Shown piece by piece: positions 7,895 to 15,422 of a stretch of 32,000 nt of DNA (its first letter is position 1; each line of letters begins with the position of its first letter). Origin of the DNA: Nitrosomonas europaea (GTDB lineage: Bacteria > Pseudomonadota > Gammaproteobacteria > Burkholderiales > Nitrosomonadaceae). The notes under the pieces are model-generated. The model had not been told where the DNA came from and did no database searches. It worked only from the letters and a program-made list of their open reading frames with translations. Position numbers and translations under genes: made by a program. The stretch is taken from contig NZ_FUWK01000005.1 in the NCBI RefSeq assembly GCF_900167395.1, forward strand, positions 30,001 through 62,000. Direction: 5' to 3'.

Positions 7895-8108
7895 CCTTGC
7901 TCATCATCTGCCCCCGGTGCGAGTTCAAATCTCTGCACTGCAGTAAATAGCGCGATTGAAGCAAGGTTCGCCATCCATAATTTCATGGATCAACCGGTAC
8001 CTGACATCAAAGCAGTTTTGCATGATCCTGAGTCTGGCAATCGGATACGCGCGATCGAAGGTTGCGAACAAAGTGTGGCGGGGCGGGGTCGGCGCTTCTA
8101 TTACCAGC

Positions 8109-8144
8109 TACTGGATTGCTTCACCCTTGCAGATTCGAAAAGAC
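8109..8144 (+). repeat. Intercassette repeat, copy 2 (TACTGGATTGCTTCACCCTTGCAGATTCGAAAAGAC)
   Basis: 31/36 identical to 7192-7227. Lies between the pilin terminator and the mazEF-like promoter. Confidence 0.8.
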
Positions 8145-8193
8145 AAATTACCAATGCATAAGTAAATGTTAGTTATCAAAAACTATAGAGAAT

Positions 8194-8227
8194 AAAAAAA
8201 CCGCCCAGGGTTTCCTAAGGGCGGTCA
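8194..8227 (-). terminator. Rho-independent terminator of the pilin gene
   Basis: Minus strand reads ACCGCCC-TTAGGAAACCCT-GGGCGGT followed by TTTTTTT, 21 nt after the stop. Confidence 0.8.
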
Positions 8228-8247
8228 TAATTAATACGAAGCTCTCT

Positions 8248-8658
8248 TTAAGGAGTAGGAGTAACGCCAGGACAGCTCTTTGGAGCATATTTATTATCCG
8301 CATCAGTAGCACATGACCAAGTTCCATCAGTACGCGTCAAGGTAATTTTTTTACCACTCACTTGAGATGGAGCGTTCGTAAGCGTACATTCAATGGTAGT
8401 TCCAGAAGTAACAATAGTACAGTTACTAGTCGGTGTTTTAAGACCAATAACCGTAGGATCCGTGCCAACTGTATCACCGTTATTGACACGTTCCTCAAAT
8501 GCGGTCTTTCCTGCTGAAATTTCAGCAAGACCAGCAGTCACTTTCGATTTAGCCTGATAATCTGAATAAGCCGGAATCGCCACGGCCGCCAAAATACCGA
8601 TGATCGCAACGACGATCATCAATTCAATCAAAGTAAAACCTTTTTGGGTATGTTGCAT
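8248..8658 (-). CDS. pilA: Type IV pilin (PilA-like major pilin)
   Basis: Class III signal and N-methylation site [39 protein letters not shown]; two C-terminal Cys pairs (disulfide loops); 136 aa. Confidence 0.9.
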   Translation of the reverse strand: MQHTQKGFTLIELMIVVAIIGILAAVAIPAYSDYQAKSKVTAGLAEISAGKTAFEERVNNGDTVGTDPTVIGLKTPTSNCTIVTSGTTIECTLTNAPSQVSGKKITLTRTDGTWSCATDADNKYAPKSCPGVTPTP

Positions 8659-9030
8659 GGTTCAGTTCTCCATCGGGTTGAAAAAGAAAACAGGATTCTC
8701 AGAGTATTGCCTGCTTCATGAATACTGCTGGGGAGTATAACGACTGCTGCCATTCTGGCTTTAGAAAAATTTTGAGGCACCCTCGTTTTTGACGGCTCTC
8801 TACCTATCCATGCCGATACGAACTGATCAGGTTGCTACTGGCGTATATTCGGGCACAGCGCGATCATTCCCGCGCCCACGCCGGATTTGCACTGACAAGC
8901 TGTAGAAACGTTACAAACCCTCATCAGCGCAAGCAATGTATCCATCATCACCGTCATCGAAGGTAAACAAAGCGGCTCGGCTGATTATTCTCTGCAAAAT
9001 GTTCTGGATGCGCTGGAAAAGAAGACTAGA

Positions 9031-9065
9031 TGGGATTGTCCACCCTTATATGGAAGGCCAGGGAC
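9031..9065 (+). repeat. Intercassette repeat, degenerate copy 3 (TGGGATTGTCCACCCTTATATGGAAGGCCAGGGAC)
   Basis: Shares GGATTG..CACCCTT (one indel) and the terminal GAC with copy 2. Occupies the analogous position between the DUF2335 remnant and the pilin gene. Confidence 0.45.
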
Positions 9066-9138
9066 GAATTACTTGCCATTGGATGTTATACAAGTAAAAA
9101 ACGAGGGAAACTTAACAAGTACACTACCGACTCAATAA

Positions 9139-9600
9139 CTATATTTCCCCGTTTTTGACCATTCTTCTGACAACAAAAGCCACAACAAGTGATACAACAG
9201 TCGTTCCTCCCAGTATCCTGCCAAAACAGGGTACCCTATAAACGCGGAGAATACAGATGCGCTGATTGCGGAGAGCCCTCTATTAAAAAACCAGGAATCT
9301 GACCTCGTGCTGCCTGTTTTTTGATGCCTCAAGCAGTGCATTATCATACTGCTGCTGATGTTTCATACTCGACTCTGCCATGATTAATATCCTTTCAGCA
9401 GCACCAGGTACTATTTTTTCATACCCTTCCAAGATAGCCGGGTGCGGTATCGGACCTAAAAACGTAGCTGACTGAATTTCGGCAGAAACTCTAGTAGAGA
9501 CATTATTTTCGTTTCTATTATTGCTGGAGTGAGCAGATGTACTTCTATTATTTTTGGATGGATGAGACTTGGGCATCATTCTCGAATTTGTTGCAGGCAT
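9139..9600 (-). pseudogene. DUF2335-family membrane protein gene disrupted by two frameshifts
   Basis: Frame 1 (9600-9283) gives ...FLGPIPHPAILEGYEKIVPGAAERILIMAESSMKHQQQYDNALLEASK, then stops at a T6 run. TM1 continues in a second frame (RGLSAISASVFSAFIGYPVLAG) and TM2 in a third (ILGGTTVVSLVVAFVVRRMVKNGEI*, stop 9141-9139). Confidence 0.7.
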
Positions 9601-9748
9601 CCTTCAATGCCATTCCCACGCGAACGAAATGTGAAGCAACGTCATTTGCTGCATGCTGACGTGCGGCTGATTTTCGGAACGTATCTGATGGCATGATATC
9701 CACCAGACTCCCGACCCCGTATAAGATATTTCTTGTCACTCTTTTCAT
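9548..9748 (-). CDS. Small hypothetical protein (66 aa) overlapping the start of the DUF2335 remnant
   Basis: ORF MKRVTRNILYGVGSLVDIMPSDTFRKSAARQHAANDVASHFVRVGMALKDACNKF. I recognise no family and it has a weak RBS. Confidence 0.4.
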   Translation of the reverse strand: MKRVTRNILYGVGSLVDIMPSDTFRKSAARQHAANDVASHFVRVGMALKDACNKFENDAQVSSIQK

Positions 9749-9775
9749 GTTTCAACTCTAACATATCAACAACGG

Positions 9776-9919
9776 TTAGGGAACCTCTGAAAACCGTCAG
9801 CGAGGTAGTCAGTTCAAGGCAAAAATCAGCGAAGAAACGGAGTTTATACATAGAGCATTTTGATGCCGACTTTTAACGCAGAAATAGCAACGCAGGTAGT
9901 TTTTCAGAGGTTCCTTAGG
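9776..9919. repeat. ~145-bp element bounded by imperfect terminal inverted repeats (MITE-like or long structured RNA)
   Basis: Left arm TTAGGGAACCTCTGAAAACC (9776-9795) pairs with right arm GTTTTTCAGAGGTTCCTTAGG (9899-9919). The perfect core is GGAACCTCTGAAAA. Confidence 0.5.
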
Positions 9920-10017
9920 CTAATAACTCTATCAAGAGTCCTGATCCGAGAAGGTAAGAACATCGTTATTATTCAGGTTTTAAACCAATTTTGTGCCTAA
10001 GCTCTCGTGGCCAGTTG

Positions 10018-11307
10018 CTATAAGACAGTCTCATCCTCCATGTCAGCAGCGGGCGCACTGAGCCTTCGTACTGTCAGGGCACAGCGTTGCTCGATCAAGA
10101 TCACAATTTGCTCAACCACGGCATGGCCAGCAAAGCCATGCTCACGGCTGGACTGAAGCTCACGCGCCGTCGGCGGCATCGACTTTGCCAAGGCCAGAAT
10201 CCGCTTTCTGGCCTGCGCCTTGCCAAGGCCAACAGCTTCAGAAAATTGGTCCCAGTGCCGTGTCTGTACTTCGCTGAATTTGTACTTGCTGCCGATTTTC
10301 ATCGCCATCTTGGGCGTCAGAGTCGGATAGATCGCCGTCGACAGCACGTCGTAGAACGGCGCCAGGATGGCAGACTTACCCGCATACAGCAGTGAGAAAT
10401 TCTTGGCATGCGCGTCATGATTGCCGATCAGCGCGTTGAAGATCACATAGTCGAACAAGCGCAGGATCTGTGGTGCGCTGGGCCGCGTGATGCGCCGAAC
10501 CAGATCGAAACATTGCACCAGATCCGGGCCGCCTTCGTTCTGGTACTTCATTTCCGGCACCACGCCCAGCGCCTGGCAAAAGTCCTCTTGGTGCAGGCGC
10601 TGCCGCTGGCCTTGTGCATCGACCACCCGGTCGTAGCGCTCGATCAGCAGGAACTGTCGCCCCAACACGGAATGCACCTGTGACTTCGCTGGCTTGAGCT
10701 GCATGGCTTCAGCCAACGCCAGACAGAAGCCTTCGTTGGTGACCGTGTCCATCAGGGTACGGATGGCGGGCTTCAAGATATGTGAGCTGGGCGATCCATT
10801 TCTCGGCAGACCGATCCGGGCGCCATCGGACACCACCGGCAGTTTGTCTTGAGTGCCCGCTAGTGAGAGCCGCACGCCATCCTTGCCGGCTAACATCGGC
10901 CGATGTGGCAGTTCATCGAGAATGGCAACAATCTCTTCCTCGCTCAGCCACTGAACGTCGTCGCCTTGCCCAGGACTGGACAACGACTGCCCTGGCTCCA
11001 GCAAGGTAACAGCCCCGGCACACTCCCCACCGATGTGATCGAGCAACGCAAAATCATTCTGGCTCGACACCTGAAATTGCTGTGCAATGAGGCGCCGGAG
11101 TTGCCCCTCTGGCAAAAGTCCCCCAAAGAAGGGCCGCGTGTGGTGATCGTCGAATGATTCTGCTTGCAGATGCAGTGAGCTGGAGAGGGTCGCTGCATCT
11201 GGGCGTGAGAGCCAATCCGGGCTGTAACGGAAATTCAACCTGTCCTCGATCAGGGCCAGGGTTCCAATCCGTTCGGCGAACAGCCAGACTTCCAGCTCAC
11301 GCGCCAT
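10018..11307 (-). CDS. hipA: HipA-family serine/threonine kinase toxin
   Basis: MARELEVWLFAERIGTL...FFGGLLPEG...LSLAGTQDKLPV...IGNHDAHAKNFSLLY (HipA N-terminal and catalytic motifs). The ATG at 11307 is chosen over the track start because it gives the usual short overlap with hipB. Confidence 0.9.
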   Translation of the reverse strand: MARELEVWLFAERIGTLALIEDRLNFRYSPDWLSRPDAATLSSSLHLQAESFDDHHTRPFFGGLLPEGQLRRLIAQQFQVSSQNDFALLDHIGGECAGAVTLLEPGQSLSSPGQGDDVQWLSEEEIVAILDELPHRPMLAGKDGVRLSLAGTQDKLPVVSDGARIGLPRNGSPSSHILKPAIRTLMDTVTNEGFCLALAEAMQLKPAKSQVHSVLGRQFLLIERYDRVVDAQGQRQRLHQEDFCQALGVVPEMKYQNEGGPDLVQCFDLVRRITRPSAPQILRLFDYVIFNALIGNHDAHAKNFSLLYAGKSAILAPFYDVLSTAIYPTLTPKMAMKIGSKYKFSEVQTRHWDQFSEAVGLGKAQARKRILALAKSMPPTARELQSSREHGFAGHAVVEQIVILIEQRCALTVRRLSAPAADMEDETVL

Positions 11308-11557
11308 GCTGGTTGCCCTCAGGGTGATTTTCGGAGTCTGAGGATGACAAGCCGGTGATTTGGAGCGCTCCACCCAACGCGTCGATCACGCGCAGCACGT
11401 TTTCCAGACGCAGAGTGGGCTTGCCTGCTTCAAGGTCGACGATGAAGCGCACACCAACCCCTGCCGCCAAAGCCAACTGGGGCTGTGTTAAGCCCAGCTG
11501 TTTGCGTGCAGCACGCAGTGCGTCACCGAGTTGTTCTGTGGTTCGTATGGAACTCAT
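11297..11557 (-). CDS. hipB: HipB-type antitoxin (XRE HTH)
   Basis: MSSIRTTEQLGDALRAARKQLGLTQPQLALAAGVGVRFIVDLEAGKPTLRLENVLRVIDALG. Overlaps hipA by 11 nt. The track start at 11560 is a GTG; the ATG is at 11557. Confidence 0.85.
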   Translation of the reverse strand: MSSIRTTEQLGDALRAARKQLGLTQPQLALAAGVGVRFIVDLEAGKPTLRLENVLRVIDALGGALQITGLSSSDSENHPEGNQHGA

Positions 11558-11569
11558 CACTGGCCTTGT

Positions 11570-11681
11570 TTCCCGTTCGGGAAATTATCGATCAGTTTGA
11601 AGAAGGAGGCAAGTAATATTTCCCGATCGGGAATTTTCAAGCAATCGTGCGCTTAGAAACCAAAAACTTCCCGATCGGGAA
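11570..11681. promoter_or_regulatory. Three palindromic putative HipB operators, TTCCCG-NN-CGGGAA
   Basis: TTCCCGTTCGGGAA at 11570-11583, TTCCCGATCGGGAA at 11620-11633 and TTCCCGATCGGGAA at 11668-11681, spaced 50 and 48 bp. The middle site fills the 16-nt spacer between minus-strand TTGAAA (11640-11635) and TATTAC (11618-11613). Confidence 0.7.
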
Positions 11682-11771
11682 GTTCCAGTGACTGCGAGGA
11701 GCAATGAGGACAAATGCGGAAGGATGCATACAGGTTGGGACTATTGCGGAAATATTTTTTCGATGAGTTTT

Positions 11772-11809
11772 GAAAAAGAAAACCCCTGCCACTAGGGGAA
11801 CAGCAGGGG
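11772..11809 (-). terminator. Orphan rho-independent terminator (no annotated gene upstream of it)
   Basis: Minus strand reads CCCCTGC-N13-GCAGGGG followed by TTTTCTTTTTC. Confidence 0.5.
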
Positions 11810-12188
11810 TCAATGACTACTAATTCCATTTCTAAATCAAAACTAACTTTGTCGGCTTCGCCTAGCCGTATTATTTATACTGTCTGCGGCTCGCCTTCGT
11901 GTCATTTTTGATTTGGGAATAGAATAACTAAAGAGAGATCGTGAGTCGCCTCACACGAATATATTACCCACTATCAGAATTGTTATCATTAACAATGAAG
12001 GGTTTTTACCGCCTTTATCTACGTTATGAAATACATACTTTTATGGCAGAGGAAATCATAACGGCCGTTTGGGAGATTTTGACAAATCTTGAGAAGCTAC
12101 TGGTTACGGGGTGGATTGAAGTAGAGGAAACCCTGAGTTGCATCTACCCAAGACAGGAATGGGAAGGTTGGTAATGCAGGGTGAACAG

Positions 12189-12222
12189 CAAAAAAGCCCA
12201 GCTTTTTAAGGGCTGGGCTTTT
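12189..12222 (-). terminator. Terminator of the cold-shock gene (bidirectional-looking)
   Basis: AGCCCAGC-N10-GCTGGGCT, flanked by an A-run and a T-run, 18 nt after the csp stop. Confidence 0.8.
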
Positions 12223-12239
12223 ATCAAATCAAGCCTTAA

Positions 12240-12443
12240 TCAAGGAGCTTGAATATTGGATGCCTGCTTGCCCTTTTGACCTTGTGTTACATCAAAAGAA
12301 ACTTTCTGACCTTCTCTAAGCGTCTTAAACCCATTCATATTGATTGCAGAAAAATGCGCGAATAGATCTTCACTACCATCGTCAGGAGTAATAAACCCAA
12401 AACCTTTTGCATCATTAAACCATTTAACTGTACCTGTCGTCAT
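12240..12443 (-). CDS. cspA: Cold-shock protein, CspA family
   Basis: [34 protein letters not shown] (RNP-1/RNP-2 motifs), 67 aa. Confidence 0.95.
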   Translation of the reverse strand: MTTGTVKWFNDAKGFGFITPDDGSEDLFAHFSAINMNGFKTLREGQKVSFDVTQGQKGKQASNIQAP

Positions 12444-12923
12444 GCGAATACTCCTGTGTCAATAAACGGAAAAGCTTCCGTAGAGCTATTTGAATCTAAG
12501 ATTGCACATGGAATACCAACAGGAACGCCAATGACTGCAAAAGCTTTGAAACAAATTCGTTGTGATGATTACTTATACTCTGAGTAGAACTGAAAGTCGA
12601 GGAAGTAAAAATCTTGGTTATCTCAAATCACCATTCACAACCATCCGGTAATTTCGGATAATTGCCTGCCCCCTGATCTGCTCGTTCACCTTGTCCAGGC
12701 CACCGCCTAATCGGATAATTTCTGCTGCAGCACCTGATTTGTATGAGGCTCTCCATGAAATCATTAGTCCACTCGCCCAAAATGATGAAGAGGGATTGAT
12801 CGAGCATACGGAAACGATGGTGAAAGCAAGAGAAGCACTTGCGAAAGCGACTGGAAGAATAATGAAATCAGAGTTTGCGGAAAAACCACTTACCCGATTT
12901 ATCGAATAAGTGGCTGATTTAAA

Positions 12924-12999
<76 letters not shown>

Positions 13000-13060
13000 T
13001 TTAAGTAAACAATGACTTATCAGATTGATATCGTTTTGAAATACACAATATCCGTTCTTC

Positions 13061-13137
13061 TGGCGCGCCCGGCAGGATTCGAACCCACGACCCCTTGGTT
13101 CGTAGCCAAGTACTCTATCCAACTGAGCTACGGGCGC
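13061..13137 (-). tRNA. tRNA-Arg (ACG)
   Basis: The reverse complement is GCGCCCGTAGCTCAGTTGGATAGAGTACTTGGCTACGAACCAAGGGGTCGTGGGTTCGAATCCTGCCGGGCGCGCCA. Acceptor GCGCCCG/CGGGCGC, anticodon loop CTACGAA, T-loop TTCGAAT, encoded CCA. Confidence 0.93.
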
Positions 13138-13349
13138 ATCTCATCTTCTTCATACGGGAAATCATCCATCTCCCGGTTCATTACTTTATTCCACAACCAT
13201 TCCAGGAAATGGCGCCCGGTGTATCCGGGGAGCTGTGCATGATGTTACATTCAGGTGTTTTTGTCAAGAATCCGGCGGTTTCTCCGGGATCAGCGGCCTT
13301 CTGCAGGGTACTTAATGGCTGCATTGAACAACAAAATACCCGAAATCAG

Positions 13350-13901
13350 TTACAACTGTGCCGGCTTCTTCGAAAGTTTGCGCTGCAACGTTCTGCGGTG
13401 CATATTCAATACCTTGGCCGTAACAGAGACGTTATTGTCGTTTTCCATGAGGATACGGTGAATGTATTCCCACTCCAGCCGTTCCACTGAAAGCGGATGA
13501 GGGCTGATAGGGGTTTCGGTATCTCCACTCGTGCGCTCGAATGCCGCCATGATGTCATCCGCATCCACCGGTTTTGCCAGGTAGTGGGTGGCCCCCAGCT
13601 TGATGGCTTCAACTGCCGTTGCAATGCTGGCATAACCGGTCAGCACGATGATACGGGTTCCGGGATCCAGTTCCCTTATTTTCTCGACCAGTAATAAACC
13701 GGATTCATTTCCCAGCTTGAGGTCGATGATGGCGTATTCGGGCATCAGTACTTCCGCCTGCTCGAGCGCAGTTTTGATGTCATGCATGCAGGTGGTGTCA
13801 AACCCGCGCTTTACCATCGCTCTTGCCAGCACTTCACAGAAAGTTTCATCATCATCTACAATCAGCAGACTGGGGCGATCCATGGAATTATTCACAGGCA
13901 T
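13350..13901 (-). CDS. regA: Response regulator, RegA/PrrA/ActR family (receiver plus Fis-type HTH)
   Basis: LLIVDDDETF...IIDLKLGNESGL...LTGYASIATAVEAIKLGATHYLAKP... and C-terminal LEWEYIHRILMENDNNVSVTAKVLNMHRRTLQRKL. A GTG at 13895 has better spacing to the AGGAG than the ATG at 13901. Confidence 0.88.
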   Translation of the reverse strand: MPVNNSMDRPSLLIVDDDETFCEVLARAMVKRGFDTTCMHDIKTALEQAEVLMPEYAIIDLKLGNESGLLLVEKIRELDPGTRIIVLTGYASIATAVEAIKLGATHYLAKPVDADDIMAAFERTSGDTETPISPHPLSVERLEWEYIHRILMENDNNVSVTAKVLNMHRRTLQRKLSKKPAQL

Positions 13902-13907
13902 TCTCCT

Positions 13908-15296
13908 TTATAGTGAAGTACTGGTCGTTCCGTGCAAAACCGGCAGGGTGACATGAGTGCATGCCCCGCCTTCCGGACGATTGAATAAGCGCACACTTCC
14001 GCCGAAACGCTCGATATTGGTGTTGGCAAGAAATAATCCGATACCAAAGCCCTGCCCCGGCCCTTTGCTGGTAAAAAATGGCTCTCCCGCGTGTTCAGCG
14101 GCTTCCGCATCCAGTCCCGGCCCGTCGTCGAGTATTTCGAGATGCAATTGTTTTTCATCCCAGCGGCTGATGACGGTCACTTGCCGGGTCGAGGCATCAG
14201 CTGCATTATTCAGCAGATTCAGGATGGATTGGCTCAGCAAACGGGTATTCATGATGATTGGCACCGGCTGCACTCCTTCACTCTGACTGGTAAATCTGAT
14301 CGAGGGGCGGATCAGTTGCCATTTGTCGATCACCTGCTGCAGAAAAATATCGACAGGCTGACTGTTTCCCTCTTCTACTCTGGCCTGCCCGGCATCGGCC
14401 AGCAGATGGGTCAGCGTCTGTTTGCACAGGGAAATCTGGTTACGCAAAATGCGGATATTGTTCTGAAATTCGGTATTCCCGGGCAGTTCCTGCTGCAGCT
14501 CACCGGTGATGATGGCCATGGTCGATAGCGGCGTACCCAGTTCATGCGCCGCACCAGCAGCCAACGTTCCCAAGGCAATGATCTGTTCGTTCTGCAATGC
14601 CTGCTCACGCGATCTGGACAGTTCCTTGTCACGATCCCGGATCGAGGCATTCATTTTGACGACGAATGAGGTGATGAGTAAGGTACTCAGCACAAATGTC
14701 AGCCACATTCCCGAGATATGCAGGTTAAATTCGAACATGTGGCGGCTGTGGTCATCGAGATGATCATGCGGAAGCGGAATGAACTTGAACAACAGAAAGG
14801 TGTAGCAGGAAATGGTAATGGCCGCCATGGTCCAGGTGTAATGCCAGGGCAGCACAGTCGCTGCAATGGTAAGCGGAAGCAGATAAAGTGAGATGAAAGG
14901 ATTGGTTGAACCGCCGCTGAAATACAGTAATGCGGTCAATCCGGCGACATCGATCAGCAACTGGGTAAAAAATTCAGGATTGGTCACCGGCCAGGAATAG
15001 CGCAGACGAATCCAGGTAAGAAAGTTCAGAACCGCGAGCAGGGAAATCGTCACGATAATCGCTGTCCAGGGCAGTTCGAGTTCGATGATGCTGTAAACTG
15101 TCCAGAAAATGATGATCTGGGAAATGATAGCGATGATTCTGAGCAGGAACAGGCGCTGCAAATTCTTAGCGGAAGGAGACTGGTTCAGGATATTGAGAAT
15201 GCCCATCGATCCGTTTTTTACTCCATTCGTCTGTTTTGTCTCCGTGTCACGAAGATCAGATACGGCCCGGAATACGAAGTTACCTGTTTCAGCCAT
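13908..15296 (-). CDS. regB: Sensor histidine kinase, RegB/PrrB/ActS family
   Basis: Multi-TM N-terminus, H-box LGTLAAGAAHELGTPLSTMAI, a conserved Cys shortly after (QISLCKQTL), N/G boxes LLNNAADAS...DDGPGL...GFGIGLFL. Lies 6 nt upstream of regA. Confidence 0.88.
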   Translation of the reverse strand: MAETGNFVFRAVSDLRDTETKQTNGVKNGSMGILNILNQSPSAKNLQRLFLLRIIAIISQIIIFWTVYSIIELELPWTAIIVTISLLAVLNFLTWIRLRYSWPVTNPEFFTQLLIDVAGLTALLYFSGGSTNPFISLYLLPLTIAATVLPWHYTWTMAAITISCYTFLLFKFIPLPHDHLDDHSRHMFEFNLHISGMWLTFVLSTLLITSFVVKMNASIRDRDKELSRSREQALQNEQIIALGTLAAGAAHELGTPLSTMAIITGELQQELPGNTEFQNNIRILRNQISLCKQTLTHLLADAGQARVEEGNSQPVDIFLQQVIDKWQLIRPSIRFTSQSEGVQPVPIIMNTRLLSQSILNLLNNAADASTRQVTVISRWDEKQLHLEILDDGPGLDAEAAEHAGEPFFTSKGPGQGFGIGLFLANTNIERFGGSVRLFNRPEGGACTHVTLPVLHGTTSTSL

Positions 15297-15343
15297 GCCG
15301 GCCTCTGTAAACCTCTGGTACGCCGTCTTTACATCATGCAGGC

Positions 15344-15377
15344 ATCCGGCCGCTCCTCCATGATGGAGCGCGGCCGG
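15344..15377 (-). terminator. GC-rich stem-loop downstream of ccp (terminator or RNA-stabilising hairpin; no clear U-run)
   Basis: TCCGGCCGC..CTCCAT / ATGGAG.GCGGCCGGA imperfect ~15-bp stem, 46 nt after the ccp stop. Confidence 0.4.
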
Positions 15378-15422
15378 ACATTTCAGGAAAACCTGCCAGA
15401 AACAGGAATTCTCCTGGCAACA

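Noticed and set aside
7916-7938. GGTGCGAGTTCAAATCTCTGCAC resembles a tRNA T-arm (GTTCAAATC loop). It could mark a tRNA 3'-end remnant or att site at a cassette boundary.
   Set aside because: The flanking T-stem has two mismatches. There is no acceptor stem or CCA context and no match to the 3' ends of the tRNA-Phe or tRNA-Arg in this window. The evidence is too weak.
7146-8247. Interpreting the intercassette repeats as integron attC sites (a co-oriented, promoter-poor cassette array with TA genes would fit a chromosomal integron).
   Set aside because: I could not find the canonical R''/R' core sites (RYYYAAC...GTTRRRY) around any copy. No intI or attI is in the window, and at least two cassettes carry their own promoters and operators. 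It is kept only as something to test with attC models.
8738-8752. TGGCAGCAGTCGTTA (minus strand) upstream of pilA as a sigma-54 promoter.
   Set aside because: The GG-N10-GC spacing fails: TA occupies the -12 GC position. It is not a credible -24/-12 element.
11941-12174. 77-aa plus-strand track ORF (GTG start) in the AT-rich gap.
   Set aside because: No RBS before the GTG or either internal ATG. The composition is typical of AT-rich non-coding DNA and I recognise no motif. Not called as a gene.
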